In this document: piece after piece, positions 12,875 through 25,740 of the stretch | How the letters are laid out: the number at the start of each line of letters is the position of its first letter | Numbering within the stretch: position 1 is the first letter of the stretch | Source of the DNA: Octopus sinensis | Lineage: Eukaryota | DNA length: 64,000 bases | Direction: 5' to 3' | Assembly: GCF_006345805.1 (NCBI RefSeq) | Contig: NC_042998.1 | Span: forward strand, 64,790,001-64,854,000 | Program-made: the position numbers and the translations under genes | The notes under the pieces: model-generated | Database searches by the model: none | What the model saw: only the letters and a program-made list of their open reading frames with translations | What the model was told of the DNA's origin: nothing

Positions 12875-14489
12875 CAGTTGCGGCCAAAATGTTCAGAACG
12901 GCAATGTTTTCGTCAGAAAAGTAAGTATAGGTTTTTATCAAAGTAGTTTTATATTCTATAATTTTCACAGACAATAAATACTATACTATTCGTTATTGTC
13001 TGAGATTTTGGTGTAATTTGAAAGGATAATACAGATTTTATGAATGATTTAGTGATTTACTTCAAAACCCATGGCGGTCAAAATGTTCAGAACGGTTGAA
13101 AAAATAAAATAATCAAAAATGACAGAGAATACTGGAATTATTTAATATTTAGTGTGAAGCCCTTTAGCTTCAATCACACTCTGACATCTTCGACTGCATG
13201 AGGAAATTAAATTTTCAATTTCTTGCTAGGTGATCTTATTCCATTCTTCCTGAAGGGCTTCCATAATTGCTCAGTTGTTTGGATTTCTTTCTGGCTTTCG
13301 AACGTTCTCCTAGAATATTCCATACATTTTCAATAGGATTGAGATCTGGGTTTTGAGCAGGCCAATCCATAACAATAACCTTTTCAGCCTTGACGAAGTT
13401 CATTACCACCTTAGCCCTGTGACATGGGGCATTGTTCTGGATGAATATGGGTGGTCGCTTAGTTGAATTTCTCAGCACAGGCAAGACATGATCTTTTACA
13501 AGTTGTTTATAAACTCCTGCATTTACCTTTCCATGTAATCGCACCAAAGGGCCCACACCATCTCCAGATATCTTCCCCCGAACTATGACACTTCCTCCAC
13601 CGAATTTAACACTAGTCTTAAGGCATTTAGGCGACAATTTTTCACCTACTTTTCTACGAACGTACCTTTTCCCATCTGAGCCACATAACATAAACTTAGA
13701 TTCATCACTGAAATGCACCGTTTGCCATTTTTCTTGAAACCACAATACATGTTCGGTTGCAAATTTAAGACGACACTTTTTATACTTAGAGCTGATCAGT
13801 GGCTTCACTGCAGGTGCTCTTGCTTGTAGGTCATGTTCAACTAAACGATGAGACACAGTTTTTCGAGATAAAGTTTTCTTCAATACAATGCTCCTTTTCC
13901 GAGAAACAGCAGCAGCAGTTTTAAATCTGTCCTTTTTAAGCAACTTTACCATAGCACGATCTTCTCTCTTGGCCTACCTGTAAACTTTCTTGCTTCACAC
14001 GAACCACAATCATCGTAGACCTTAAGAATACCGTGTACAACACTTTTTGACTTGTTAACAATCTTTGCAATAGATCCAATACTTAAATCATCCTTCCTTC
14101 GAAGCTTAATAATCTGCTGACGAATTGGTAACGGAGTAAGTGGCATTATATTAACAAAGTACACTAAAAAAATTATTACTAATGTTTAGTAAACGAACCG
14201 TCACGTAAACAAATTCAAAACATTAGAGTTCGCCGGTTAAATATACTAAAACACGGAGTAAAAAACAACCGTTCTGATCATTTTGGCCGCCATGGGTTTT
14301 GCAGTAAATCACTAAATCATCCATAAATTTTGAATTATCCTCTCAAATTACACCGAAATGTCAAGCAATAACAAATGGTATCGTATTTATTGTTTGTGAA
14401 AATTATAGAATATAGAACAACTTTGATAAAAAATTATATCTACTTTTCTGACGAAAACAATGCCGTTCTCAACATGTTGGCCGCCACTG
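12875..14489 (-). mobile_element. Tc1-family DNA transposon with ~220-bp IR/DR-type TIRs
   Basis: TIRs 12875-13096 and 14267-14489 (CAGT...ACTG, TA on the right). Each TIR carries outer and inner direct repeats resembling GCGGCCAAAATGTTCAGAACGG. Confidence 0.93.
13142..14146 (-). pseudogene. Tc1 DD34E transposase, frameshifted
   Basis: N-terminal HTH and GRPR, FSDESKF, IQNNAPCH (catalytic D changed to N), PDLNPIENVW, C-terminal AKGLHTKY*. Frameshifts near 13950 and 13290. Confidence 0.92.
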
Positions 14490-15256
14490 TATATATATAT
14501 ATATATATGTATGTATATATATATATTTATCCATCCATCCATCCAGATATACATGCATACATATAAGGGCCATTGAACCAGAAACACATGCCATTGAGAA
14601 TCCTCTTATCTCCAGACAATAATCCTGTTTTATCTTTAACGCCTTGTGTACTTTGGAAAATTCTTGAAACTTGAGATTATCTCCCCTTGCCTTCATTGTT
14701 ATTCCTTACTTTTTATACACTTGATTGAGATGAAGATAATTTAAATAAATTAAATAATCATGCCTCGTGGTATTTCCTATTTTGCGTTTTATCCTTGTAG
14801 TTCAAACATATGCTATTGGTGAATTATTCATCTTAACTCAACCTCATTTATATTGTGTATGTGTAGGTGTGTTGCGCGTATGCATGTATGTGTATACGCA
14901 TTATTTTTATCGTCGTTTCTATTGTTATTTCTCATAATTTGTGTAGAGCTCGTCGTTCATTGTTTACTACTGAGCCTGAACTCATCCCACATCTCTTGTT
15001 CGAATTCTCTTTATAATATATAATATATAATGTGATTGGTGAATCACCCCACCAACAATATTCATGTCGGCTACAATCATAGAGAAATTTTAAATAGAAT
15101 ATCAAAAGATGTAGCAAGTGTTTAAAAATAAAGTTTTGAAAAATACAGTTGGCTAAGAGTAACAACAAGGCATGAAAGGGTATACGAAACAAAATGAACG
15201 GAAATAATGAGACAAGAATGACAGTCAAGCCATTTTCGAAATTATGCGTGATACAT

Positions 15257-15581
15257 TAAAGACTCCGCCGGTTACGACGACGAGGGTCCCAGCTGATACA
15301 ATCAACGGAACAGCTTGCTCGGGAAATTAACGTGCAAATGGCTGAGCATTCCACAGACACGTGTACCCTTAACGTAGTTCTCGGGGATAATCAGCGTGAC
15401 ACAGAGAGTGACAAGGCTGACCCTTTGAAATACAAGTACAACTCATTTTTGCCAGCTGAGTGGACTGGAGCAACGTGAAATAAAGTGTCTTGCTCAAGGA
15501 CACAACGCGTCGCCGGGAATCGAACTCACAACCTTACGATCATGAGCCGAATGCCCTAACCACTAAGCCACGCGCCCTCAC
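15257..15581 (-). mobile_element. Full-length tRNA-derived SINE family C with CORE-like domain and 12-bp TSD
   Basis: Minus strand: A box TGGCTTAGTGG, B box GAGTTCGATTCC, GTGTCCTTGAGCAAGACACTT. TSD TGCGTGATACAT at 15245-15256 and 15582-15593. Confidence 0.9.
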
Positions 15582-16566
15582 TGCGTGATACATACATACA
15601 AATATACATACATACATACATACAAATATACATACATACGTAAAGGAGATTGATGCAAAGTTAAGAAATTATGATAGATTTCATTTTATCCATATAATAT
15701 TAGTTGTCTTAGCAAGTTAATATAATCAGGTCTAAAAGACACCATTTTCTATAACATAAGGAAATATAACTTTTATTCATAGCGACGATCCCATCTACAC
15801 AGTGGTTTGACTGTTCTGCAAGAAATTATCTAAACACTTTCTGTACGGTATATTGACTGCCTATTACATCTAATGACAGTCGCGACAATTATTTATGATT
15901 TTCGAACAGGAAATTTATAAATAACACTCAACGTCTTTTAGCTTAGAGAGAAAATTAACCTTTAGCACACTGTAGATGCATCATGATGCCATATGAGTTT
16001 TATCCCTTGTAGAAATAGGACAGTGTCAGATGAAAACAACTCTTGAGAAAATGCAGTGTGTAAAGGTTAATAATTAAGTTTCTGAAGCCGCTATGACATG
16101 ATCTTTAGCTTTTAGACAGATGGTTTGTTGCCTGAGTCTCTAGATATTCACCGGTCAAAAAGGCTCTTAATCATTTGAGTCCCTATTGGATCCTACAATA
16201 TTTCCAGGTGCCGCTTATCGTACTTTTAATTGAAGCCATAAAACGATTTCCGAGTATGTCCTGTCAGTTAATAAAATGTCATCTAATATAGAAATCAATA
16301 TTTTATTGGAAATTTCAAGTAATGCATTTCATATTGAGCATTATATTTGTGATGCATTTCATTGATTAAGGGAACCAGTGATTATATGAATAAACAAACT
16401 AATATATGATATTCAGCCATTGGTTAACTGCTTTATAATTCGACAAAAATTTAATAAATTTAGACAGAATATTAATGAAATTATATGGAAATGAATGAAG
16501 TGAAACGGATGATGAAACTAATTTAAAATGAAACATCAACCATCAGAATACATTTTAGAATATTTA

Positions 16567-16639
<73 letters not shown>

Positions 16640-19225
16640 TATTATTTTTATATGAAATATAATATCACTAGAAAGGAAATGTGAATGATTAGTACAAAGA
16701 ACCCATAGAATGCTATAGCTATTGCTTCTTTTGGTTATGTACATTTTATTTATGCACCTCTATCACAACATTTATGCAGCTATCATTCAGATATACAATA
16801 TAAATAAAATATAAAATATTGATATCTATGTTTGACACAAGGCCGGCAAGTTTGGGGTATGGGCCCAGGTCGATTTCATCGACCCCCAGTGATGAACTGG
16901 TATTTATTTTATCAACTACAAAAAGATGACAGGCGGCATTGCATTTTGTTTCCCTCAAATTTTTCTAGGATATTGATCTTTATTGATCTTGAGGTATTAA
17001 CCAATATTTTATTGAGATAGTTCTTTATAAAATAAATTCTGCTACAATGCTCTCCACTTTATTAAATGGAAGAAATGGAATAAAACAATTGAGGGACCTC
17101 TCTTTGCGACAGTAGAATATATTGATCCCTTATAAACATAATTATTCATTTTTATATTTGCTATAGGGAACAAATGAAATTTTCCATGCAACTTTATGGT
17201 CGTATGATAGAAAATCTAGAAACACAATTGAGCTTTAACATTTGTTCATATGTGATTGCTGCAGTTTGTGATGTAAGTGCATTTAGCATCTTCCTGTCAC
17301 ATGAAAAGCATAATCCACTAAACCTGTACAGACGCTGTGTTTGTACTTATATGTTCAAAATGTGCAACCGATAATTCAGACACATATTTTTTTATCGATT
17401 TGTTTCATCAATCCATTTGTTTTTCTCCTCAGTCCTTTCAGTAGAAGAGCATAGGCTGGAGACGTAAAATACTGCTTCCTTTTTTCCTCAGCGTAATACA
17501 CCTGGTTTGACATTCTCTCACCTGTCTTTGTAATGCTTTTACTTTTGTACAATTTTAAACAAGATATATATATATATATATATATATACATACACACGTG
17601 CACACACACACTCACACATATAAATACAGACACACACAGATATGAGGAAGTGAATTAAAACTATACCAAAACTGCACAAAAGCAAAATATTTTAACATAT
17701 AAGGTTGTAATACTGCAATTTACATTAGTACAAATTTCATTACGAGGTTTTGAAAACTTCAGCTGAAAATATAAGAATCTGGATGTGTATCTACTGTTTC
17801 TGATTAGAAAAAATTGTATAATTAACCTCGTTTTAGAAACATTGCCCAAGACTTTTACGATTTGCTTAAATATACCATGCGTAATTATGCATATGTCCAT
17901 CAACACACGAGCGCGCGCACCCTCATATATGCATAGGCATGTATGCGTGTGTTTACCCAGATGATGGCAATTACATGCCTAGTTATGATTATTTCATGTT
18001 TATAGATACATTTTAATAATGTTAGCAGAATCATTGCGTAACCTCGTAATTTCTTTCACTCATTGTAAATTCATGCTGTTTAGAGTTAGTAGAATTTATA
18101 AATATCGTCATCAAAGTATTCTAGGTTTCAAACTGTTTATTTTAGCTCAGATTTTAGCCGAACAATTAAACCGTAAAATGGAAAACAGTTAGAAAACAAC
18201 CTGTAATATATTACGACATTTGAGCACAACAAATTATATTAGGTAGGTCTTATATTAGTGCATAGACTAAAGAAGTAACAGTTTGAAAGATACATAATTT
18301 TGATCGAGAAATAAAGATCATGTCCTTCAGAATTACTCATAAACTATAGATGCATAAACTTTGATATATTATAGAAGTACTTACGGCTGTATTGCAGTCG
18401 GTATAAGGAAATAGTTAGAGCTTATTTCCAAGGAACCTCATTTCATAAGACGAAACATGATCACTAGCAAAATATATTCATCAAATTAAACACATAAATT
18501 AAGATCTTGAACGCTTGGAAAGAAATCTTGTAACATTAAAATATGGCGTATAATGTTAACATCTTTACAATTATGACTATAAATGTGTCAGTTGATGGCA
18601 AGTAATTATTCCTTAAAAAGCATAAAATCGATTTATATTCTTCTGAAACTTTATTCTATGATGTAGGGTGTAAATGACTAATGATATCAAGAAGCAAATA
18701 AAATCTGTTTATGAATGAAACCTATATTTCAATTGACTAAAGTAGGCACACGTTGTTTATTTCAGAAGGTAGAAATTGTGTCTTTAAATTTAAGAAAAAT
18801 TTGCATGTAACACTTTAAAAAACAAGCAAATCCCATAAATTGCAACTGTTACGCACAACAAACTGCTATCATTTATTGATCTTTAGGTATTAAACAATAT
18901 TTTATTGAGATAGTTCTTTATAAAATAAGTTCTACTATAAGGCTCTCCACTTTACCAAATAGAAGAAATGACTAAATTAATATTAGAGAAAAAATATATT
19001 AATGTCACATTTCTCATCTGTGTAAATATTACTAAACAGATTTCTGATGTTCAAAACATGAATGTTAACAATGGCATAGAAATATTGAATTCTTACGTAT
19101 AAGTACATATAAATATCTACATATATAAACACATATATACATTTATACATATATATATATATGTGTGTACCGTTGGCGATTTCCTTTCCTCTGTCTTCCC
19201 TTCTCTGGATCTTTCCTTCTCCTAT

Positions 19226-19260
19226 GTTTCCGACGAAGAGTTCCGCTCGAAACGTTATAC
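19226..19260 (+). ncRNA. Minimal hammerhead-like motif with U4C core (family H2)
   Basis: gttt CCGACGA a GAG ttccg CTC GAAAC GTT atac; AACGTT palindrome. Confidence 0.5.
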
Positions 19261-19377
19261 CCTCCTTCTTTCCTTCTTTCCTGAGCGTTCAATAATACTA
19301 TATTTGTTCCACGTCCTCACTTTGTTGTGTTTTTTGTGCTTTCTTGTTTGGTTTAACTATATATATATATATATATA

Positions 19378-20130
19378 ACATTATTGGTGAATTGAAGAAA
19401 TGGAGCTGAACGCAGATTGAACAGAAATCGTTTTATTTCATTCTACACGTGTTTCGAAAGGCACAAATTACCAAAATCCGATTGAATAATGGGACCATAT
19501 TGTGTCTTTCTCTTCAGGAAGAAAAAAGGAAATCCGTTGGAAAAACAAAAACAGAACAGAGGCAGAGCAAAAAACAAATCGAACTGTGCTCCTAAGAGCC
19601 CATGGCGAAACTGTTTATCATGTATGTTGAGAACCGGTGGCTGAAGAAAATCAACAGTCAGGCATCGGTCAATCATGTGGGTGAGGGTGTATAGATGTTC
19701 TTTGTGACCGAGAATAAAGTTCTGACTATTTAAAGAATATTGGATGTTTTATAAGGGGCGAGAAAAAATCTACTTAGAGACGTGTGTGTGTGTATACTGT
19801 TCTATATATGTGTGTGTTGGCGTAGGGGTAGAAAACATTTTTTGTGTACGTGTGTGCGTTTGATCGTTCGGCTGTCAGTGGCTACTGCCGTGATAGCCGT
19901 TGGGTGGCAGAAGAAAAAAATAAAGAAATTATATATATATATTAGTTTTATGTGTGTGTGTGTGTGTTCATCTAAGCCTGCCTTGACAAGAAAAACCCCC
20001 CGCTGTGAAAAAACAAGCCCCGTTTGTCTTACAGGAGTAATTTCCCTTGCAGTGGTTAATTGTAGATATCTTAAAATCTATTTCAGAATTTGTTACCAAG
20101 GGCTATGGGTGCCGGTCTTATTTATAAACG
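19378..20130 (-). mobile_element. Inverted pLTR/3' region of a Penelope-like element
   Basis: Contains an intact HHR. The sequence 3' of it (taaaacgatttctgttcaatctgcgttcagctccatttcttc) resembles that 3' of the HHR at 23942-23990. The 3' end abuts (TA)n. Confidence 0.65.
19441..19520 (-). ncRNA. Type I hammerhead ribozyme, intact core
   Basis: Minus strand: TTC CTGAAGA GAAAGACACAA..TTGTGCCTTTC GAAAC ACGT GTA GAA; palindromic ACACGTGT, GUA cleavage triplet. Confidence 0.8.
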
Positions 20131-20149
20131 CTATTTAAAGGCCAGATAA

Positions 20150-21366
20150 GTGCCGAAGAGATCATGCTTGACCAACTTACTAGTAATGGAAGAATTGGTG
20201 ACGCGCATCCTCGATGATAGTGATGCTGTTGACATCGTTTTATTGGACTTTGCCAAAGCTTTTGACTCGGTAAACCACCGCCTACTACTTGTCAAGCTTC
20301 AAGCATATAGTTTCCATCCGGATATTGTACGATGGGTTGGTGCCTTCCTGTCAGATCGCTCCTTCCAAGTTCAAGTTAATGGTTCGCGGTCCGACGTCTC
20401 CAGTGCGAGCAGTGGCGTGCCTCACGGTTCAGTGCTTGGGCCCTTGTTGTTCTTAGTCTTCATAAATGACTTTCCCGACGACCTCACGCAACACACCCTT
20501 CTATTTGCCGACGATATCAAACTTGTCGCTCCTCGCGGTAGTATAGAGGATCTTCGTCGATGCCTCCACCAAATTTGGAAGTGGTCTAACGATTGGGACC
20601 TGTGTCTGAACGTGTCAAAGTGCTGTCATCTGCCTGTCGGCTCTACTCCTGCAACTTAACTTGATTTCGAGCCGGGTCGTCTGCTGCTGGAGAGGACCGA
20701 TCAGGTAAAGGACCTGGGTATCTTGGTGGATTCCTCCTTTTCGCCTTCGGCCCAGTGCGTCCATGCTGCCAGCAAAGCGCGCGGAATTCTGTTTTTGATT
20801 CGACGGTCATTCGGAATGCTCACAGCAGCCATATTCCTACCACTCTATGTCACGCTGGTGAGACCCATATTGGAGTATGGGATTCAAGCCTCTTCTCCTT
20901 ATCTCCTCAAAGACATACAGCATCTCGAAAGAGTCCAGAGGCTGGCTACCCGCATGGTTCATGGTCTCAAAAATTTGTCCTACGAAGAAAGGCTGAGGAC
21001 TCTCGACCTTTATCTCTTGAAAAACGCCGCCGCCGTGGTGATCTCATTCTCGCCACAACATCATAAGCGGGAAGTGTAACCTCTCGAAAGAGCTGTTCTT
21101 CACTCCTGCTCCGGAGCGTCGGCTGCGGGGTCATTCCGAAAAGCTCTACCTGCGACGATTTCATCTCAATCGAAGGAGAGGAGCTTTCTCCGTCCGGGTT
21201 GCGGATCCGTGGAACAAGCTGCCAGACGAGATGGTGAAGATGCCGACGACCGCTTTGTTCAAAGCCTCCCTGGACCTCAAGTGGCCTGAACTCTTTACAT
21301 GAACACCACCCTGTACTTAACTCCATGTCCCCCTACATGGCCTTGCTATTTGCTTTTGAGCCAAAT

Positions 21367-21397
<31 letters not shown>
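20150..21397 (+). mobile_element. CR1-group LINE, 5'-truncated, (CTAA)n tail
   Basis: [29 protein letters not shown]. Premature stop at 20657-20659, frameshift near 21015, tail at 21367-21397. Confidence 0.93.
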
Positions 21398-21398
<1 letters not shown>

Positions 21399-23417
21399 AA
21401 AGAGAACTTTCATACTAACCCAGCATTGCGGCTTATATGCCCTTCCAGTTCAGACATCGGTACCCTTAGTAAATACATATTAGGTAAGTATATCCCTATA
21501 TAAATTACTAAATTAAAACTTAGCTTATGGTCCAATTCTGTTCAAGTCGTAGATTGGTTTACTTCTATTACTGATAAGGCCAACACTAAATTTATCCAAT
21601 TCGATATATCTGGTTTCTATTCTTCGATCAACCCTATTATACTTAATAAGGCCCTATGGCACGCACACAATAAGGCAGGCCTCTCCATGGAGGAAATTAG
21701 TGTGATATTGACTGCTAGGAAATCTTTCATCCAGTTCGATAGCAAGTTGTGGGTCCGTAGAGATACCCCTAATGCGTTTGATGTACTAAAGGGACGTACA
21801 GACAGCGCCCAGATAGCCCATTTGTTCGGAATTTATATTCTTTACGAAATGACCGACCAATTCTCGGACATCTGTGGAGGTCTTTATCGCGACGATTGTC
21901 TCCTTTTCTTCCAAAACGTTTTGAACCAAAAAATACAGAAGGTTAAGAACAGATTAGTTAGGTTTTTTAATGGAATGGGCTTCCGCATAGTTTTTGACGA
22001 TGAATTAACTAAAGCCAACTTCTTGGACATTACCCTAAATCTGCAGAATAACTCATACTTCCCTTATCATAAACTTTCCACTAATCTTAAGTATATCAGC
22101 ATTTTCAGTAATCATGCCAAGCCAATTACCGATAATTTAGTTAAAAACATATCTCTGAGACTGTCCAAATTATCTGCTAATGTCGACATCTTTAACCAAA
22201 AGGCAGACATCTATAACGCCGCCTTGTCAAGAGCCGGTTAAAAGGAGAAAATGTCATACATCGACCCAGCTCATTCTAAACCAACATCTGCTTCTCCAGA
22301 TAGTAAAGTTACTCGTAATAGGAATAATGATTTCAATTCTAATAGTGCCAGCAACCCTGTACATAAAATAAATTCTTTACGGACTAGGGGAGGTAAGCAC
22401 CATACAACCCCAAAGTTCCAACCCAGAAATTTTCCCCTTACTATCACAAACAACACTAAGAACAATTCAAAGGCCACAAAAAACTGTGTCTGGTTTGTAA
22501 TACCTTTCGGAAAACAAATTAAATCGAACCTTCCCTTACAGTTCCGTGAAGCCGTTGCTAGGAACTTTCCCAGAAATTCTAGATATCATTCTATTATCAA
22601 TTCCCACAAGGTCAGAATAGCTTTCTCTAACACTAGGAAAATTTCACAAATTATATCTTCCCACAATACCAAACTGCTAAACAACGATTCTTCACCCGGG
22701 AGTTCCAACACTAATCTTGCTAATTCCAACCCATCATACAATCATAATAATAGGAAAAGTATTAATAGTAGCAGCATTAGTAGCAGCGAAAGTGTTAACA
22801 ATGATATTATTAATAATAGTATTAGTCGTGTTAATAACAATGGTAGTGTTGATGGTAACAACAGTAACGGTATTGTTGTCGGTGGAATTACTGGTTGTAA
22901 TACCATTATTAATACTAATAATAATAGAAATAGTGTAGTTGTTAGCGCTAATAATAATAGAAACAACAATCATAACAATAAAAACTTCGTCTCGATCTCG
23001 GAGGACAACCCCAACAGAATTAAATTTTTGTCTAGTAATTCTAAGATTAAGAATTCTATTTACCAGTGTAGAATTTCTTCCGGTACCGATGTCTTCTTTT
23101 ATATAGGAGCGTCCACTTCCCAGTTATCCAAGAGAATTTCAGACCACTACTCAACATTCAGGGATAGTAAAAAACGACATAGCACAGGGCTAAGTAACTT
23201 AGTTTGGCGTCTTAAAGACAACAATATAATATTCAAGTTAGATTGGTTCATACTGTCTGTATTCTTTCCTTTTGATAAGGAAAGGAGATTTTGTAATATT
23301 TGTAACTCTGAACTCTTCCATATTCTTTTCGCTAAGGTTCCCCTAGTAAACACACTCATAGAAAAATCGTACAAATGTAAACACTGGCAGAAACACACTT
23401 TCTACTCATATAAATGA
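21398..23417 (+). pseudogene. PLE reverse transcriptase / GIY-YIG endonuclease with two in-frame TAA stops
   Basis: KENFHTNPALRLICP, FIQFDISGFYSSI, GLYRDDCL, NFLDITLNL. EN motifs SIYQC..FYIGAS..RISDH, CNIC, KCKH. Stops at 21501 and 22239 are in the same frame. Confidence 0.9.
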
Positions 23418-23852
23418 TAACGATAGTCACTGTGGTTTGAACAATTAGATTTACGTCCACCCCACTGCTATATAGAAATTCTTTCCCAAGCCTTCGAACA
23501 TTCTTTCAATCAACGTACCCTTCCCTCTCCACTTGTTCCCTACCTATTATTCCTTTATACCTTCTCTTACTACTATCTATATTTGACGTCTATCTCTCTC
23601 TCTCACACACACACAATCACACACACAAACACAAATTCAGTTATACACATACACACACACAAACACACGCACTCATTAACACACGCACACACCCACCCAT
23701 TTCCATACATACAACAAACATACTGTTCCCTACCTACGATCTATTTTTGACGTCAATCCTTCTAACGGTTTTTAAAAAAAAACACTCATTATCACTTTGT
23801 TTACCATGTAGGCAATCATCGAAATTTTTGTTTGTCTTGTTGTCGATAGAGG

Positions 23853-23941
23853 CTCTCTTTTTTCCTGATGAGAAGATTGCACGATGCACCCTTTATTCCT
23901 TTGGAATGAAAACATGCTGTCTTTGATACATGTGTCAAGAG
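23853..23941 (+). ncRNA. Degenerate type I hammerhead in the PLE 3' pLTR
   Basis: CTGATGA GAAGATTGCA..TGCTGTCTTT GATAC ATGT GTC aagag; GAAA is mutated to GATA. Confidence 0.6.
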
Positions 23942-24174
23942 TAAACGAATTTTGTTAACATCTTCGTTCGACTTCATTCTTTCATTTATTCATATACAAC
24001 ACACAAATTTCTACACATTAACCCGGATTTTCTACCCTTGACAGGTCGCTTCAACCGTGTTTTCTGACGTGAATTTGCTACCCAGGTTTCGGTTAAACGA
24101 ATTTTCCGTGCTGAAGATAAACATAGGATAATTCATTCACCTACTTATATATATAAAATCCTTAAAAAGCCTTT

Positions 24175-25035
24175 AAAGTGTTTTAGCCCGAAGGCCGCGG
24201 CCATGCTGGGGCACCACCGCTGGATGAGCTAAACTAATATGTGAATCCAACTCTGATACGTGGCACTTGATCAACAAGGGTGTTCGACGCTGCTGCCCGC
24301 ATCTGCGTCACCTGACGTGAGGTAGATTTATCTGGGACTCCCGACAAGAAGAGATCCAGTTTAGTTTTAAAGAAACCCACATCCACACCATGTAAGTCTC
24401 TCAGGCATTTAGGGAGGATGTTAAAGAGCTGTGGTTCTCTGAAACCCAAGCTGTGGCAGTATCTGGACCTGTATTTTTATGGTGATGTAGGAATCTTTAG
24501 CACTATGCAGTGGCGCCCCGTTCTGCGGTTGGGGTAACTTTGAATTCCAAAGTTTCGGACAAGAGACCCCAGGATTTTCCAGATGTATATCACCGCATAT
24601 CTCTCCCGCCTCCGCTCTAGGGAGAAGAGGTTTAATACCTTCAGTCTTTCCCAGTAGCTGATATTTTGCATTGAGACGATTTTCTTTGTGTAGCTTCTCT
24701 GAATTGCTTCGAGTTCTGCTGTTAGTTTTATATTGTGTGGTGACCATAGCTGGGAGCAGTAGTCCAAGCGGCTGAGGACGAATGTTTTCCATAGGACCAT
24801 CAGTGTCTCCTTCTCTCTTGTTCTGCAAGTTCGGAGAATCCATCCAGCTAGCCGTCTGCATTTTATCACCAGATTAGCAATATGCACTTGGAAATATGCA
24901 TCATTGCTCATGTCAATGCCCAGGTCACGCACTGATTTTGACTCAGGGATTGCAATTCTTCCTGGGCAAGTGTATGCAGTCTGCATGTCGTTTACATTTG
25001 TATGCCAGTAGCGCAGGGCCTGGAACTTACCTGCA
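24175..25035 (-). mobile_element. CR1-group LINE 3' fragment, related to 62588-63842
   Basis: KFQALRY, VRDLGIDMS, LDYCSQLWSP, YWERLK..SLERRRERY. Frameshift near 24477; tail GGTGGTGCCCCAGCATGGCCGC. Confidence 0.9.
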
Positions 25036-25130
25036 TATATATATAAACTTAATCTTAGATATGTTTCAACCAAAGATTGGTCCAGGGCATGCTTAACTTA
25101 ATAGCACCACCAGTTTAATACATACATACA

Positions 25131-25216
<86 letters not shown>

Positions 25217-25218
<2 letters not shown>

Positions 25219-25381
25219 CGCAGGAGTGGCTGGGTGGTAAGTAGCTTGCTAACAAACCACATGGTTCCGGGTTCAGTCCCACTGCGTGGCATCTTGGGCA
25301 AGTGTCTTCTGCTATAGCACCGGGCCGACCAATGCCTTCGGAATGGATTTGGTAGGCAGAAAATGAAAGAAACCTGTCGTA
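25217..25381 (+). mobile_element. SINE family A, 5' half
   Basis: GGCGCAGGAGTGGCTGGGTGG...GGGTTCAGTCCC...CTTGGGCAAGTGTC. Confidence 0.8.
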
Positions 25382-25409
25382 TATATGTATATATATGTAT
25401 ATGTATGTA

Positions 25410-25740
25410 TAAAAATATATATACAAGAACGCAAAACATTCAATAGACGACACAAGGAACGGACGCGTCATTCGAAGCCTCTAATCTTCAGTCTTCAGCA
25501 ATTTCGGCTGATTAATCTTGAGATCGCTCCGATCCGGCCAGCCCCAAGGAAAAACTAAGCTACGAGCATTAGATTTCTTGGAAAAAGGATCGAATGTATA
25601 CGAAACGAGGACAGAAAAACGGAAGATGCCACACGAATATAAATACAAAAAACAATAATAATAATAAGAGGAGAAAAACAATTGTTGTCTTTCGACTTTA
25701 GACAGTTCAACTTAGCTTGGCTGGCCTATTTGGAAAATAA
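25410..25740 (-). mobile_element. Dispersed PLE-like repeat (copies at 47440-47810 and 57090-57280)
   Basis: Three collinear copies, all next to microsatellites. Confidence 0.55.

Larger units (their letters stand above)
20131..24145 (+). mobile_element. Penelope-like retroelement (RT plus C-terminal GIY-YIG), 5'-truncated and interrupted by a LINE
   Basis: RT and EN motifs lie in one frame. The 3' region has a degenerate HHR and ends at (TA)n. FKGH|KENF rejoins across the LINE. Confidence 0.88.

Noticed and set aside
15505-15581. Functional tRNA genes (also 52973, 58917, 1990)
   Set aside because: A/B boxes run into SINE bodies or repeats, with no acceptor stem or terminator.
21501-22241. 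Selenocysteine read-through, as in Naiad PLEs
   Set aside because: Both in-frame stops are TAA, not TGA, and the endonuclease is C-terminal.
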